This document shows, one piece after another, positions 1-12,300 of a stretch of 64,000 nucleotides of DNA. The first letter of the stretch is position 1. The number at the start of each line of letters is the position of its first letter. The notes beneath the pieces are model-generated. The model had not been told where the DNA came from, did no database searches, and saw nothing but the letters and a program-made list of their open reading frames with translations. Origin of the DNA: Isurus oxyrinchus (taxonomy: Eukaryota); NCBI GenBank assembly GCA_026770705.1, contig JANJGN010000089.1, positions 1,302,001-1,366,000 on the forward strand, in the 5' to 3' direction. The translations under genes and the position numbers were made by a program.

Positions 1-32
1 ACCTTCTGTTCTTATTTCAGATTCCCAGCGTG
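1..32 (+). mobile_element. 3' tail remnant of a Penelope-like element (truncated by window edge)
   Basis: ttctgttcttatttcagattcccagcg resembles the tail of the Penelope-type repeats at 31160-31225 and 41070-41105. Confidence 0.45.
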
Positions 33-358
33 AGTTATCTGTCCCTTTCTGAACAATTAATCAATCTCTGTGCTGATATCAATATCCAAATAAAGAAATG
101 GGAAGCAGCAGAAGGAAAGGTTTAATGGAATTAATGAATTTTATTTAATGTGGTTAAACCTATCCTGGCTCCACACTAAAGTTCAGCAATGAGGAACAAA
201 CCTGAGTAACATTCTAAATGGATTGTAAGTGGAGGTTGTAAATCTTTGTATTTGAATAACAGCTGCATGCTTTTTCCATGCAAGATCTCAGCGATTCTGA
301 TCAAATAAAGCTCCGAGTGTGGGGTTACTTATTTGAGAGGTTTTAAAAATCAACAAAC

Positions 359-431
359 TGCGATGTCGGGGAATTGAACCAGAGTCAACAGCTTGAAAAA
401 GCAAGACCGCACACTACTATCCCACCATCGC
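359..431 (-). pseudogene. tRNA-Gly(TCC)-derived pseudogene
   Basis: Reverse complement GCGATGGTGGGATAGTAGTGTGCGGTCTTGCTTTTTCAAGCTGTTGACTCTGGTTCAATTCCCCGACATCGCA is colinear with vertebrate tRNA-Gly-TCC. The acceptor stem GCGATG/CATCGC pairs, but the T and anticodon stems are broken. Confidence 0.75.
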
Positions 432-439
432 TGAATTGG

Positions 440-1060
440 GTACTTTCACAGCAGCAAACTGTCCCAAGGCACTTAAGAACGTTATCATTAAAAATATGGC
501 TGATGCTCAGCGACTGATGGAGAACTTAGGTCTGGTGACAAAAGCTTTCTCTGAGAGGGAGATTTTAAGGAGTTTCCAAAAGATGAGAGGGAGCTCGAGA
601 AGTGGGGCGGTTTGGGAAGGGCGCCCATGATTTTAGACCAGGTCAGGTGAATGCACGGTTGTCAATGCAGTAGAGAGTAAAACCCATTATGTGCAAGATG
701 ACAGTAGAGCAGAAGTAAGGAAGTTTTCTTGGGCTGGAGGAGGTTAAATAGAAATAGAGGGGTGAATTCAGGGAGATATTTTAAAGTCAGGATGAGTGTT
801 TTAAATATGAGGCATTGCCGGGTTAGGCGTCAGTGTCGGTCAGAAAACATGGGGGTGATTGGTGAACTGAACTTTGTTCAGGTGAAGTTCCAGGAAGCAG
901 AATTTTGGTTTAGCACAGGTGTATGTAGGGTGGAGATGGGAGGCCGGCCAGGGGAACACTGGAATAGTCAAGACCTGAGTGAACGAAGACATGGATGAGA
1001 GTTTCAGCAGCAGGTGAACTGAGGCAGGAACGGACTTGGCCGATGTTTATGATGTGCAAG
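440..1060 (-). mobile_element. decayed L2-type LINE 3' fragment
   Basis: Antisense similarity to the L2-like sequence at 33515-35012; no intact ORF. Confidence 0.5.
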
Positions 1061-2951
1061 TCCATTCTGTTCATCTGATAACATCCTGTCAGAGTCTCTA
1101 TTATCATGCAGTTTTATCAGATATATTGGAGGGGAAAATAGATACAGCGTCAAGTATTATTGATCAATGTTGGGATTTTTGCTGTATCTGTATTTCTCGA
1201 AAACTATGCCAGTGCCGGACTTTTCACATTTCATTGCAATTCGAAACTGAACAGAATATCCCAGAATGTGGCCAAGGACTGACAGCCTTTAAGTCTGACA
1301 TTTTCCCCTTGAAGTAGCCCAATTGGGAGCATTTCCTGCAGGACATTTGTTGTTCATGAACTATTAATATCAATAATTTGTGGGTTCACTGAGGAGGATG
1401 AAGTGTCAGTGAACAGACTGGAGTGTCACAGTTATTCTGTTCCCACTCTCCAGCTCCCAGCCTTTTAGTGAGGAATCGGTCTCCCAGGGATTCTGTTGTC
1501 CCCATTTTCGCCCGATTCCCGACTTTTAACATTGAGTGAACTGGCAGCTGCCAGTAACTCCAGCATTGGGATCCTGGTGAGTTCATTGTGTTCAGTGTTT
1601 AAACAGCACAATAACAAACAAGGTTCATGAGGAATATCATAAATCAGATTCAGGATTGTATGAGGTCACGGGGGCAATGTGCGCTCTCGACCTTCTGATT
1701 CAGGTTCCTGAACGTTACGGAAAAATAAATTATATTTGTTGCATTGTTGCTGTTGTGGTCGTATGGATTATTAGATGATGCGTCTCACTTCTGTTTGTCG
1801 TGCAAGGTTGTCAGAAGATTGTCGGGCAGAGTCCTACAATTTTTCTTATCATTGTTCCATGCAGATAAATTGCCTTGTACAGAAGTTCTAGCGCACTTTG
1901 TGTGTAGAATTATTTTTCAATTTCCCGCAGTAAAATCTCTGGCTTTAAATCTTCGATGGTGGCACTGAGTCGTCTGTTCACAGTCAAGGGGAATTGTTTC
2001 CGATTTTCCATACCTGTTCAAACTTGCAAAAAATTATATAGAATCCTTACTGCAATCATGACGAATTACGACGGCACAGGGACAGTCAGTGGGTTATATG
2101 TAGAGACTGAATTGTGGTTTGGTGTCGGGAATTGAAGAGTATCAGGAGGGAGTTCAAGAGACAAACAGAGTTGCGAAGGAAGACAACTGAATGATTGGCG
2201 AGGAGGAAGAGAGAAGAATAAAAATGGCGTTCATCATCTTTCAAATTTTATTCAATGAAAGGCCCAAAGAGAAAATAATCTCTGTGCCAGGGATCTGCTG
2301 ATCGTGAAATGACCAGAAAATAGAACTGGAATTTGGAGAATCATCTTGTTCGCTGAGGGAGAGGCAATGCTATAAGAAAAGAAAAGTTAGGAGGGGTGCG
2401 GTGATGAAAGGCAGGATTCTGAATAGCTGTTGTCCGAAAGCAAAGGAAATAAAGGGCAAATTGCATTTTAAAAATGAACAAAATGGTGGCAGAGATTATA
2501 ATGTATATAACCCTCTCATTTTACAGTCACTGTTTACAAGATGCAACTTTACTGTGAGATTATGAATGAATTCTGCTTAGTTAGATTACAAAGTCGTGTA
2601 TGGCCAGTTCCTCTCGGTTTTAAAATAACTTATTTCAGCAAACTGTCCTGCTTTCAAACAGCTAAATTCAATGATTTCACAGAAATGCCGATTCAGCCTA
2701 GTTTAAGTGAAAGAGCCAACATTGGTGTTAGGACACATATCGAATTGTGGGCTGACTGTTGGAATGAAGGGCCGTTCCTCTCAAGGAACACTAAAATACC
2801 GGTATCTCTAAAAAACTACTGCTGATCCTGAATCTCCCTGTCGCTGATAAGAAATATTTATCCGCACTGTCTTTTACATATCAAACTGTCTAGTGTTAAA
2901 GTCCATTTCCAATTTCGTGTGTTTTCTTTCTTAAAGATAAAAAGAAACCTA

Positions 2952-3023
2952 CGCCTGATTGCGGAATGGAACCCTAGTCTTCCTCATGATCAGTTGGCAT
3001 ACTAATCATTATACTAACGAGGA
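2952..3023 (-). pseudogene. tRNA-Asp(GTC)-derived pseudogene
   Basis: Reverse complement starts TCCTCGTTAGTATA, identical to the 5' end of vertebrate tRNA-Asp. It continues atgattagtat...agactagggttccattcc (A-box and B-box relics); the anticodon arm is degraded. Confidence 0.75.
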
Positions 3024-4699
3024 GTTTCGAAGCTTGGCGCAGAGTGGAGAAACCTAGGGTTATCTTCACTCAGTAACAACTGAAAGTGCTGAAGTGGTAA
3101 AATGTGTGACTGGAGGTGTTGCGAGCTTCCTTCTGTTGTTTCATTGATTAGAAGGATGACAGGATGCCTTCTCTGAGGGAACTCGCTGTTCCTCAATCCC
3201 AATCAGGAATTTATGATGCTTGATAATCTACAGATTGACAGAGTTGTTGAATTGTCCTCTGATCAGCACATGCATATGATGAAGCATTCCTCGTTAGGAG
3301 AGTGTCTCGATTTGTCAATGAGATATTGCGGCCGACAGTTAGATCTGCGGATGTAATACTCACACCAGACTTCAGGGAAATTGCCAATATCACGACTTGT
3401 CACTGAATACTCGGCAGACGCCTGTGCACAATAATATGCACGGACTGATGAAATAATGTAAATCCTGCAACTGCAGTTAAAGCCTAGGAGAGTTCGGAGA
3501 CAATGGAAGTGTCATCAATTCAGGTTATCTGTTTTGTGGCAAATGCTGGCAAAATAATACTTCCTCTGACCCCAATTTGGGGTTTCTAAAACGAATAGTG
3601 ATTTATTTTTTTCCTCTTGAAGCATTTCCTGACCGGGAACACCGGTAAGGTAAAATGAAGTTTAAAATGAAACGTGAATATATTTATGTTCACCCTGCAG
3701 TGACGGGGAAACCTCCCCGTCCACGCCCCCCACCCCCCACACCCCAGCCACGCCCTGTCATTGTTCTGTCCAGCCTCCTGCTGGGCCGCCATCTTGCATT
3801 TGTGCAGCAGCTATTTATTATTCAGTTCAGCTCTGTCTATCCCGTCATTGGCTCTCCATTCTATCTTATGAACTCCGAGAAGGCAACGCATTCGCTTGAT
3901 AAAATCACAAGGGAGAGTCTCTTTTCCTGAAACATTTGGTCCCAGGCCGAGTGTTTATTTCACCACCCAGACGTCCCTTAAAATTACATGCAATATATTA
4001 ACTTGCTTTATAAATGCCTGGTTACTGGTTGTTATATGCACTCGCCCTTGTCAGCGTCAATGGCCTTCAAGGGTAAAGACTTCTTCCTGTCTGCTGTAGA
4101 AGTTTTGCCCTTGCAGCTTGAGTTCGGTAGGACATCACTAGTAAAGGCTGCATTCACCAGGTGGCTTCCAACCAGATTTCTCTTTTCTAATTTTTTCAGT
4201 ATCTCCAGTTGTTCCAGTGCTAAAAAAAAATTGACGATGTTGCAGTTCCACCTTCTCTTGGCCTTGGTGTTGAAAGTTAGGGATTTAAATTGCTTTCCTG
4301 ATTGTACAATGACTGCAAATGTGTGTTGCTGCTAAAACATCATGGGGTGTGAAAACTAGACATGATATTTTAATTTCCTGAGCGAATTGTACTTACGTCA
4401 AATCTCCCTTCCTACTCACATTCTTAAATCCTGCCTCCAAGAGTCATCCTTTGTGTAAAAATGGTTTCTTGTGGGCCCTGGAGCTAGGCAATTTCAGCAT
4501 GCATGAGTGGTTGATTGGTTGTTGTCCTCTGAGTTTTGCCATAATGCTGGGAATAACAGCTCGTCTGTTTACAAAAGATTTAAAAAAAATGTTTTAATGA
4601 TGGACATTCAACCATCATAAACAACGAGTCTCAGTGAGATCGCTGTGATTTCATCTTTAAATTCCCACACTGGTGACAAGAATCAATCATTGGTGTTGA

Positions 4700-5085
4700 C
4701 CAACCTCAAAGCTTCGGGAATGAAATAGGCAGGCCACTATATGCCTTAGTGAGCGGCAGAGTATGGTCTTTCTTCATTCTCTCAAAAGTTACAGCCCTGA
4801 CAAGGCCGGCATCCCTATCCCTTGACAATGGTTAAACGTCAACCACGTTTCTGCAGGCCAGATTGGGTAAGGGCACCAGATTTGCATCGCTAAAGGACAT
4901 TTGTGAAACAGTTTTTTTTTACTACAATCGATGAGATTCTAATCTGTGGTAGCATTATTCAAGTTAATTTTATATCCCAGAATTTCTAAACCGATTTTAA
5001 ATTTGATCAGCTGACGTAGTTGGATTTGAACCTGTGTCCAGTTAGCATAAGCCTCTCTGGATTACTAATCCAGTGACATGGCCAG
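4700..5085 (-). mobile_element. tRNA-headed SINE-like repeat fragment
   Basis: ggatttgaacc...ggattactaatccagtgac is an antisense pol III head; a related copy lies at 49790-50040. Confidence 0.5.
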
Positions 5086-5134
5086 GGAAAAAAGCCAGTT
5101 AATTGATGTAGGCCCCAGTATCTTTGACACACAT

Positions 5135-6950
5135 TTTGCAAGGAATGTCTCGGGAAAGTCTAGGTTGACAACAGGATGCGACCACTCAATGTGACCTAAT
5201 TTCATGTAATGGAGGGAGGATTCCACAAGCACTCACCCAATTTTGATCTTCAAACCTGCTCTCAATTGCAACCTTTGCCCTCCAAGAGACCAAAAATGTC
5301 CCACTTGAGCAGCAACTTACCAGGGTTCAAAGCATCAGTGGAAAAAAGAAAGGCACAGATCTTTATCTTGCTCCACGGAAGAATCCAAGGGTTATAAATG
5401 CAATGCCGTCGAGGGATTATCCAGGTGAATTTCACTACATTCAATTCCAGAATCTCTATTCACACAACTCTGTTTTCAGGTGCCTCAAATAATTCATCAT
5501 AATGTGTATGGACACGGTAATCACACACTGTAGAGGAAGTTGCTGATTAGTGGGGTGCAGCAGGGAACAGAGAATTCTTACCCAGATTGTCACACAAATA
5601 ACATGCTCGTGACTTGGCCCAGCTGTTCAACTGAGCCTGTGGCCTCTCGTTCTTTGCACTCAGGATACCATTCTACTGCCTGGGGGAATCCATTTCAGCC
5701 TGTCACACTCGGTAGCTGAACTCTGGCATGCATGGAGATGGATAAAATGGTGTTAGACCTGCGATGCTCGACTGTGCTTGCCAATTACCCTACCACATAC
5801 GTTCGGTTGTTGCCAAATGAAGCTCAGCAGAATGTGGCTGTGAATGCAGCTGGTGAGGGGCTCCGCGTCTCATTGGCCTGACGTGGCTGTTTTCATTCTG
5901 ACTGGGGGCAAAACGTTAAGGCTCAGCCTCCTGCTGCCTTTCCTCCTTCCCACTGGCTGGATCAATTGGCTCCTTTACGTTGTGTTTGTATGGAGTGTCT
6001 GTTTCCACCAATGCTGAGCACTGCTAGCTGCCACTGGTGGAGGTTGACACTGTCCTGGCAGTAGTTGGTTCCTCCTCCTCCTCATCCTCAAACTTCGCAA
6101 TTATCCCTGGAAACAGCGGTCAGCTGGGCTTCAAAAACTAGATTCAAGTGAAAGAAGCTGTTTTCACTTTTTTTCTTTGGTGTGCCACTCCCATTGCCAT
6201 GGAGTCCAGCTGAGGAGATGGCACACTACACTTGGTCTTTACTTTTTTCACCTTCTGTGCCCTCACTCCTGCAGCATGGTGACCAGCTGCAGATTAAAAG
6301 TGTGCTGGGAGATCTTGATCTCCATTCTAAACTCGGCAAAAATAACATTGGAATGTCTGAGAATTCAGTCAATTTTTAATGAATAGGATTGATTTAACGG
6401 GGTAGTTTCTATTATATTTTCTGCAGCTTTTAGCATCTGCCTCAGTATCAGCGCAATGATCATTGCATGTACTGCACTGTTTGGACAAGAATCTAAATCA
6501 TGGGCCTGAATTCATTATGAAATGGATGACTTTGACCTATACTCGGAAGCCCAAGCAGAAGATTTTGGGAAACAATTACTTAGATTCAGTTCCTAACCCG
6601 GTTTTTGGCCGTTTTACAATCGGCATTGTTTGGCAGGTCCCCAGAAGGATTCAATTAGCTACAATTTCCCCAGCAAGTGGGCTCAAATTCACTGCGGCCT
6701 CCTGTGTGCAGCAACAGAGGAAAATGAAGACAGCTTACGGCCAATTTACAAAATGTCCCCTGAGATCTTTCCTTGTACCATTCATTTAACCCACCCGCAC
6801 CCCAACACCACTCCCCACCTCCCCCCTCGACCCCCACCCTTCCTGTCGAACCTTCTAGTCGTTCATGGCAGACAGCGGTTCAATACTGGTGAAGAGCTCC
6901 ACGATCCAGGAAACTGGACAAAACTTTCGGGTCACTGTGGCTGGCTCTGC
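5135..6950. mobile_element. possible highly decayed Harbinger-type DNA transposon pieces
   Basis: Weak GFH (5215) and FRCL (5475) transposase-like peptides, an acidic tract on the minus strand (6070-6090), and a TIR-like gggcctgaatt at 6502. Confidence 0.3.
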
Positions 6951-6951
6951 T

Positions 6952-9900
6952 AGGGGCGCTGAGTGAAAAGTACAGCACAGGAACAGGCCCTTCGGCCATT
7001 CAAGCCTGCGCTGATCATATTGCCCGTCAACTAAAGCATTTTGCACTTCCGGGGTCCGTATCCCTCTATTCCCATCCTATTCATGTATTGTCAAGCCGCC
7101 TCTTAAACAGTACTATCGTACCTGCTTCCACGAACTCCACTGGCAGCGAAGCCCAGACACTCACAACCCTCAGCATAAAAAAAACAGTTGCCCCTCATAT
7201 CTCCTCTATAGTTTTCCCCTCTCACCCTAAATCTATGTCTTCTTTTAATTGACTGTTCCACCCTATGAAAAATATTCTATCTACTCTCTCCATGCCACTC
7301 ATAATTTTGTTAACCTCTATCAAGTCGCCCCTCAATCTCCGTCGCTCTCATGAGAACAATGCGAGTTTATCCAACCGCTCCGCATAGCTAATAACCTACA
7401 GACCAGACAGCATCCTGGTAAACCACCTCTGCACCCTCTCCAAGCCTCCATGTTCTTCTGGTTATGTGGCGACCAAAATTGCACACAATAATCCAAGTGT
7501 GGCCGAACCAAGTTTCTATACAGCTGCAGCTTGACTTCCCAGCTTTTATGCTCAATACCCCTGCCAAAGACGGCAATTATGCCATATGCCTTCCTGACTA
7601 CTTTATCCACCGGCGTTGCCACCTTAAGTGACCAGTGGACCTGTGCACCCAAATCCCTCTGCCCGTCAATGCACTTAGGTTTTCTGCCATTTACTGTATA
7701 ATTCCTGCCTCTATTAGACCTTCCAAAATGCATTAACTCACATTTGTTCAGATTAAACAACATGTGCCATTTCTCCGTATATTTCTGCAACCTATCTATA
7801 TCCCGTTGTATCCTTTGAGAACCCTCTTCACTATCTGCAACTCCTCCAGCCTTAGAGTCGTCTGCAAACTTACTAATTAGCACAGTAACATTTCCTCCAA
7901 ATCATTTATGTATTCTACAAACAACAAAGGTCCCAGAACAGATCCTTGCTGATCTTCACAAGTCGAAGCTCGAAATTCAGAAAAGCACATTTCCACTGCT
8001 ACCCTCTGTCTTCTATGACTAAGCTAATTCTGTATTCATCCTGCTCACCTCTGATCACGTTACCTTCTGTACCAGTCTGCCATGAGCGACCTTGTCAATG
8101 GCCTGACTGAAATCCATGTATATAACATCCATTGCCCTTCCATCGTAGATCATCTTTGTCATTTCTTCGAAAAACTTGAACAAGTTAATGAGACATGACC
8201 TACACCTCACAAAAGCATACTGCGTCTCACTAACACTCAAATTTGCTTCCAAATGGTATTAAATCCTGTCAAGAAGAATCCTCTCCAATAATTTCACTCC
8301 CACTGATGTAAGGCTCACCGGCCTGTAATTTCCTGGATTATCCCTGCTACACCTGTTAAACAATGAAACAACATTAGCCATTCTCCAGTCATCTGGGACC
8401 TCACCCGTAGCCACTGAGGATACAAAGTTTTCTGCCAATGTCCCAGCGATCTCCTCCATTGCCTCCCTCATTACTCTGGGGTGGATCCCATCTGGCCCTG
8501 GGGACTTATCCACCTTAATATTCTTCAAAACGCCTAACACCTCCTCTTTTTTTTATCTCAGCATGATCCAGGCTATCTACACCCTCTTCCCTACAAAATT
8601 GACTGCTAAGTCCTTAGCTTTGGTGTATACTACTGAGAAGTAATCATTTAGTATTTCTCCCATTCCTTCCGTCTCCCCACACCTCTGCCCTGCCCTTTAA
8701 CTGGCTACCCTTTCTGTTTTTACCTGTGTAATAAATGGCCGTGAGATTTTCCTTAATCCTGGTTGCCGGTGACTTTTCATGACCACTTTTATCCCTCCTG
8801 ATTCCTTGCTTAAGTTTCTTCCTACTTTCTTTATATTCTCCACGTGCTTCATCAGGTTCAAGCCTTCTAGCCCTCACAAATGCTTCCCTTTTACTTTTGA
8901 ATAATGACGCATTGCACATTATACAAGGTTCCTGAAACTTGCCATGTGTATCCTTCATCCTAGCAGGAATATGCTGGTCCTGAAGTCTTATTGACTGACG
9001 TTTGAAATCCCGCCCACAGGTCAGTTGTTCATTTGCCCTCAGACATCCGCCTCCAGTCTAGATTCCTCAGTTCCTGCCTAACATTATGATAATTAGCCTT
9101 GTCCCAATTAAGCACCTTAACCTGAGGATACTTGTTATCCTTATCCATCAGTGCCTTGAAATTTAGTGAATTATGTTCACTTTTCCCAAAATGCTCCTCT
9201 GCTGAAACATCGATTACCTGTCCGGGTTAATTCCTTATTTCCAGCTCCAGTATTGCCCCTTTCCTAGTTGGACTATCTACATATTGTCTCAGGAAGCCCT
9301 CCTGGATGCACCTTACAAATTCTGCACCATCCAAACCCCTAGCACTATGTGATTCCCAGTCAATATAGGGAAGGTTAAAATTACCCCAAGACTACAACCC
9401 TATTGCTGTTACATCTTTCCAATATCTGCCTACAAAACTGTTCTCCAATCTCCCGCCGGCAATTGGAAGGACTTTAGTAAACGTCCAAAATTGTGGCTGG
9501 ACCCTTCCTATTCCGCAGCTCTACCCATATTGCCTCACTGCATCAGCCCACCGAGGCGTCATCCTGTCGTACAGCTGTGATATTCCCCTTAACCAGCAGA
9601 GCAACTCCCGCACCTCTTCTACCACCCTCTCTATCCTGCCTGAAACATCCAAATCCTGGAACTTTTATCTGCCAATCCTGTCCATCCTTCAACCAAATCC
9701 CTTTAGTAGCAATAATGTCATAGTCCCAAGTGCTAACCAAGCTCTAAGCTCATCTGCCTTGTCTGTTATACTTCTCACATTGAAAATAATGCATTTCACT
9801 CCCCCAGTCACACTGTGTTCAGTAATTTCTCCCTGCCTGCCCTTCCTCTTAGTCCTATTGGCCATAATCAATGTTTCACAGTCATTTATTTCACCTGTTT

Positions 9901-10860
9901 ACCTATTTCTCTGCTTCACACTCGCCTCTATTACTAGTTTAAATCCTCCCGAGGGACACTAGCGATCCTCACCTGCTGGATATTGGTGCCTCTCTAGTTT
10001 AGATGCATCACGTTCTTGTTGTACAGTTCAAGACTGCCCTTGAAGAGCTCCCACTGTTCCAGATATCAGAAATCCTTCCTCCTACACCATCTGTTCAGCC
10101 ACGTGTTCAGCTGCACTATCTTCCAATTTCTATTCTGAATGGCACGTGGCACAGAGAGTAATCCTGAGATTACAAGTCGAGAGGTCCTGTTTTTTTAACT
10201 TACTGCTTAACTCCCTAAAGTCCAGCTGCAGGACCTCGTCACTCTTCCTAACTATGTCGTTGGTATGTATACCTTGACCTGGCTGTTCTCTCTACCCCTT
10301 CAGAATGGGACATTCCCGATCAGAGAAATCATGGACCCTGCCACCAGGGAGTAAACATTCCATCCTTGTGTCTCTTTCACGACCACAGAAGCGCCTATCT
10401 AAGCCCCTGACTATAGAGTTCCGTATGATAATTGCTGTCCTGTGCTTTGATATCCCCCCACCCCCCACCACCACCACCACCTGCTTGACAATTTAACCAT
10501 CCGTGGTACCACTGCTCTGGCTACTGCTGTTGTTTTCCCTTGATAGGCCAGCCACCCAACAGTTTCCAAAATGGTACACCTGTTATAGAGGGGGGGAAGC
10601 CACAGGGGATTTCTGCACTGCCCCTTCTAGCTGTCACTCATCTATCTGTCCATACCTTCGTTGTGACCACGTCTCCAAAACTCCTGTCAATAACACTTTC
10701 CGGCACCTGATTGCTCCTAAGTGCATGCAACTGCTGCTCCAAACGATCCATGCAGTCTGTGAGGAGCTGCAATTGGGTTCACTTGCTGCAGATGCCGTTG
10801 TCCAGGACACCGGAAGCCTCACATATATCCCACATCGCACTTCACCTCAGCAACTGCCAT
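6952..10860 (-). mobile_element. near full-length, internally deleted CR1 LINE (ORF1 SGNH esterase; ORF2 AP endonuclease + RT), pseudogenised
   Basis: ORF-track peptides: AIIIRNSIVRGLDRRFCG (ORF1 esterase), CIIFNVRSITDKADEL and YDIIATKGIWL (APE), KSPGPDGIHPRV, NYRPVSLTS, MDVIYMDFSQAIDKV, ISKFADDSK, LVRPHLDYCVQFWSP (RT). CR1 3'UTR at about 6960-7300; many frameshifts. Confidence 0.92.
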
Positions 10861-10899
10861 TTCTAGAACTATTCAATAAATTAATTTAAATATAATACT

Positions 10900-12005
10900 A
10901 ATTAATTCATTTAAGGTACAAAAAGCAAGTAGGAAAGCAGACAAAACCATGGCTAACAAAGGCAATTAAGGATTCTAACAGGCAATAAGAAGAGGCATGT
11001 AAATTTGCCAAATGAAATGGTATGGCTTAGGATTTGAATAATTTTGAAAATCAGAATAAAGAGAGGCATGAAATTGGTAATGAAAGAGAAGATATTTGAG
11101 ATTAAACTAGTGATGAACACAAAAATTGACTGCAAAAGCGTTTATAGTTATGTAAAAAAGAAAACGTTTCGTAAAGGTTAGTAAAAGTTGATAATGTTTA
11201 TTAATAATTTATGTGTGTTCATTACAGGCCGAGTTTGCATAATTAATAATGGGGACTAAGGGAATTGCAGAACACTATATAAAAACTTTTGACCTGTCTT
11301 CAAGAAGGAGGATAAAAGAAACACTGAAGCTCCTTCGTCGCCCCCAACCCCCCGAAACATTCAGGTGGAAAAGGAAGTAGTGAGATCGAATATGTGAAAG
11401 AAATATGTATCTGTAATGAAGTTGTGCTGGAGGAATTATTTGGTCTGGACTCTATGATTTACTTTCCAAACTCTTCAAAGAGATGGCTGTAGAGAAAATG
11501 GATGCTTTGATGAACATCTTCCAAAATTAGATATATTCAGAAATGGAGCCTAAAGATTAGAACATTGCACATATGACCCCACTATTTAAGAAGTCTATAA
11601 GAGGAAAAAATAGGGAACTGTAGACCTCTTAGCCTGATATCAAGTGGACGGAAAATGCTAGAATCAATAATAAAACCTGTGATACCTGCTGAGATTGCGA
11701 AGCCAAAATGGATTTATGACAGGGTATTCATGTTTGACAAGCCCGATAGATTTTCTTTGAGAATTTTACTAGCAGTAGCTATAAGGGAGAGCGAATGGAT
11801 GTGATGGATTTAGATTTCTAGAAGGTTTTAATGAGCTCCCATATCGGATGTTAGTAAGGATAATTAGAGTTCATAGGATTTGCGGAAATATACTAGCATG
11901 GATTGAGGTTTAGTTAAAGGATTTAAAATAGAACATAGGGATAGATGGATCATTCTCACGTTGACAGGCTTTAACCAGGTTTGGATCTGTGCTTGGGCCC
12001 CAGCC
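10900..12005 (+). mobile_element. decayed CR1 ORF2 fragment
   Basis: Degenerate coding for the PLFKK, NYRP, HGF and LDFxK motifs (e.g. ccactatttaagaag 11580, ttagatttctagaagg 11810). Confidence 0.7.
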
Positions 12006-12009
12006 ATTC

Positions 12010-12300
12010 CTTAAACGCTAAATTGGCAGTCTTGTTCTGTCCCTGAAAATTCCTCTCCATAAGGGAACGGTGTTTGGAACAAGGATCAGAACTCCACCTT
12101 CGGATATCTAACAGAAGGAAATGTCTGACCACCCAGTTTTGGATGCCAGATAAGCAGTCTGATTATTTAACCACACTGGAGCACTCGAGAGAACGTATTG
12201 TGAGGTTCAGCTGGGTGTGATTAGTATACATGTGAAAATAATTCCTGTGTTTTGGGTGATGTCGCTGATGGGCAGCATGTAGATCGAAAAAAAATGAACA
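12010..12300 (-). mobile_element. L2-type LINE RT fragment
   Basis: Antisense of a YADDTQL-like region (gggtgatgtcgctgatgggcagcatgtag). Confidence 0.4.

Noticed and set aside
7332-7883. 183-aa ORF as a host gene, and the many 60-150 aa ORFs in the track
   Set aside because: This ORF is the RT C-terminus of a dead CR1; most of the others are TE fragments, antisense shadows or chance ORFs
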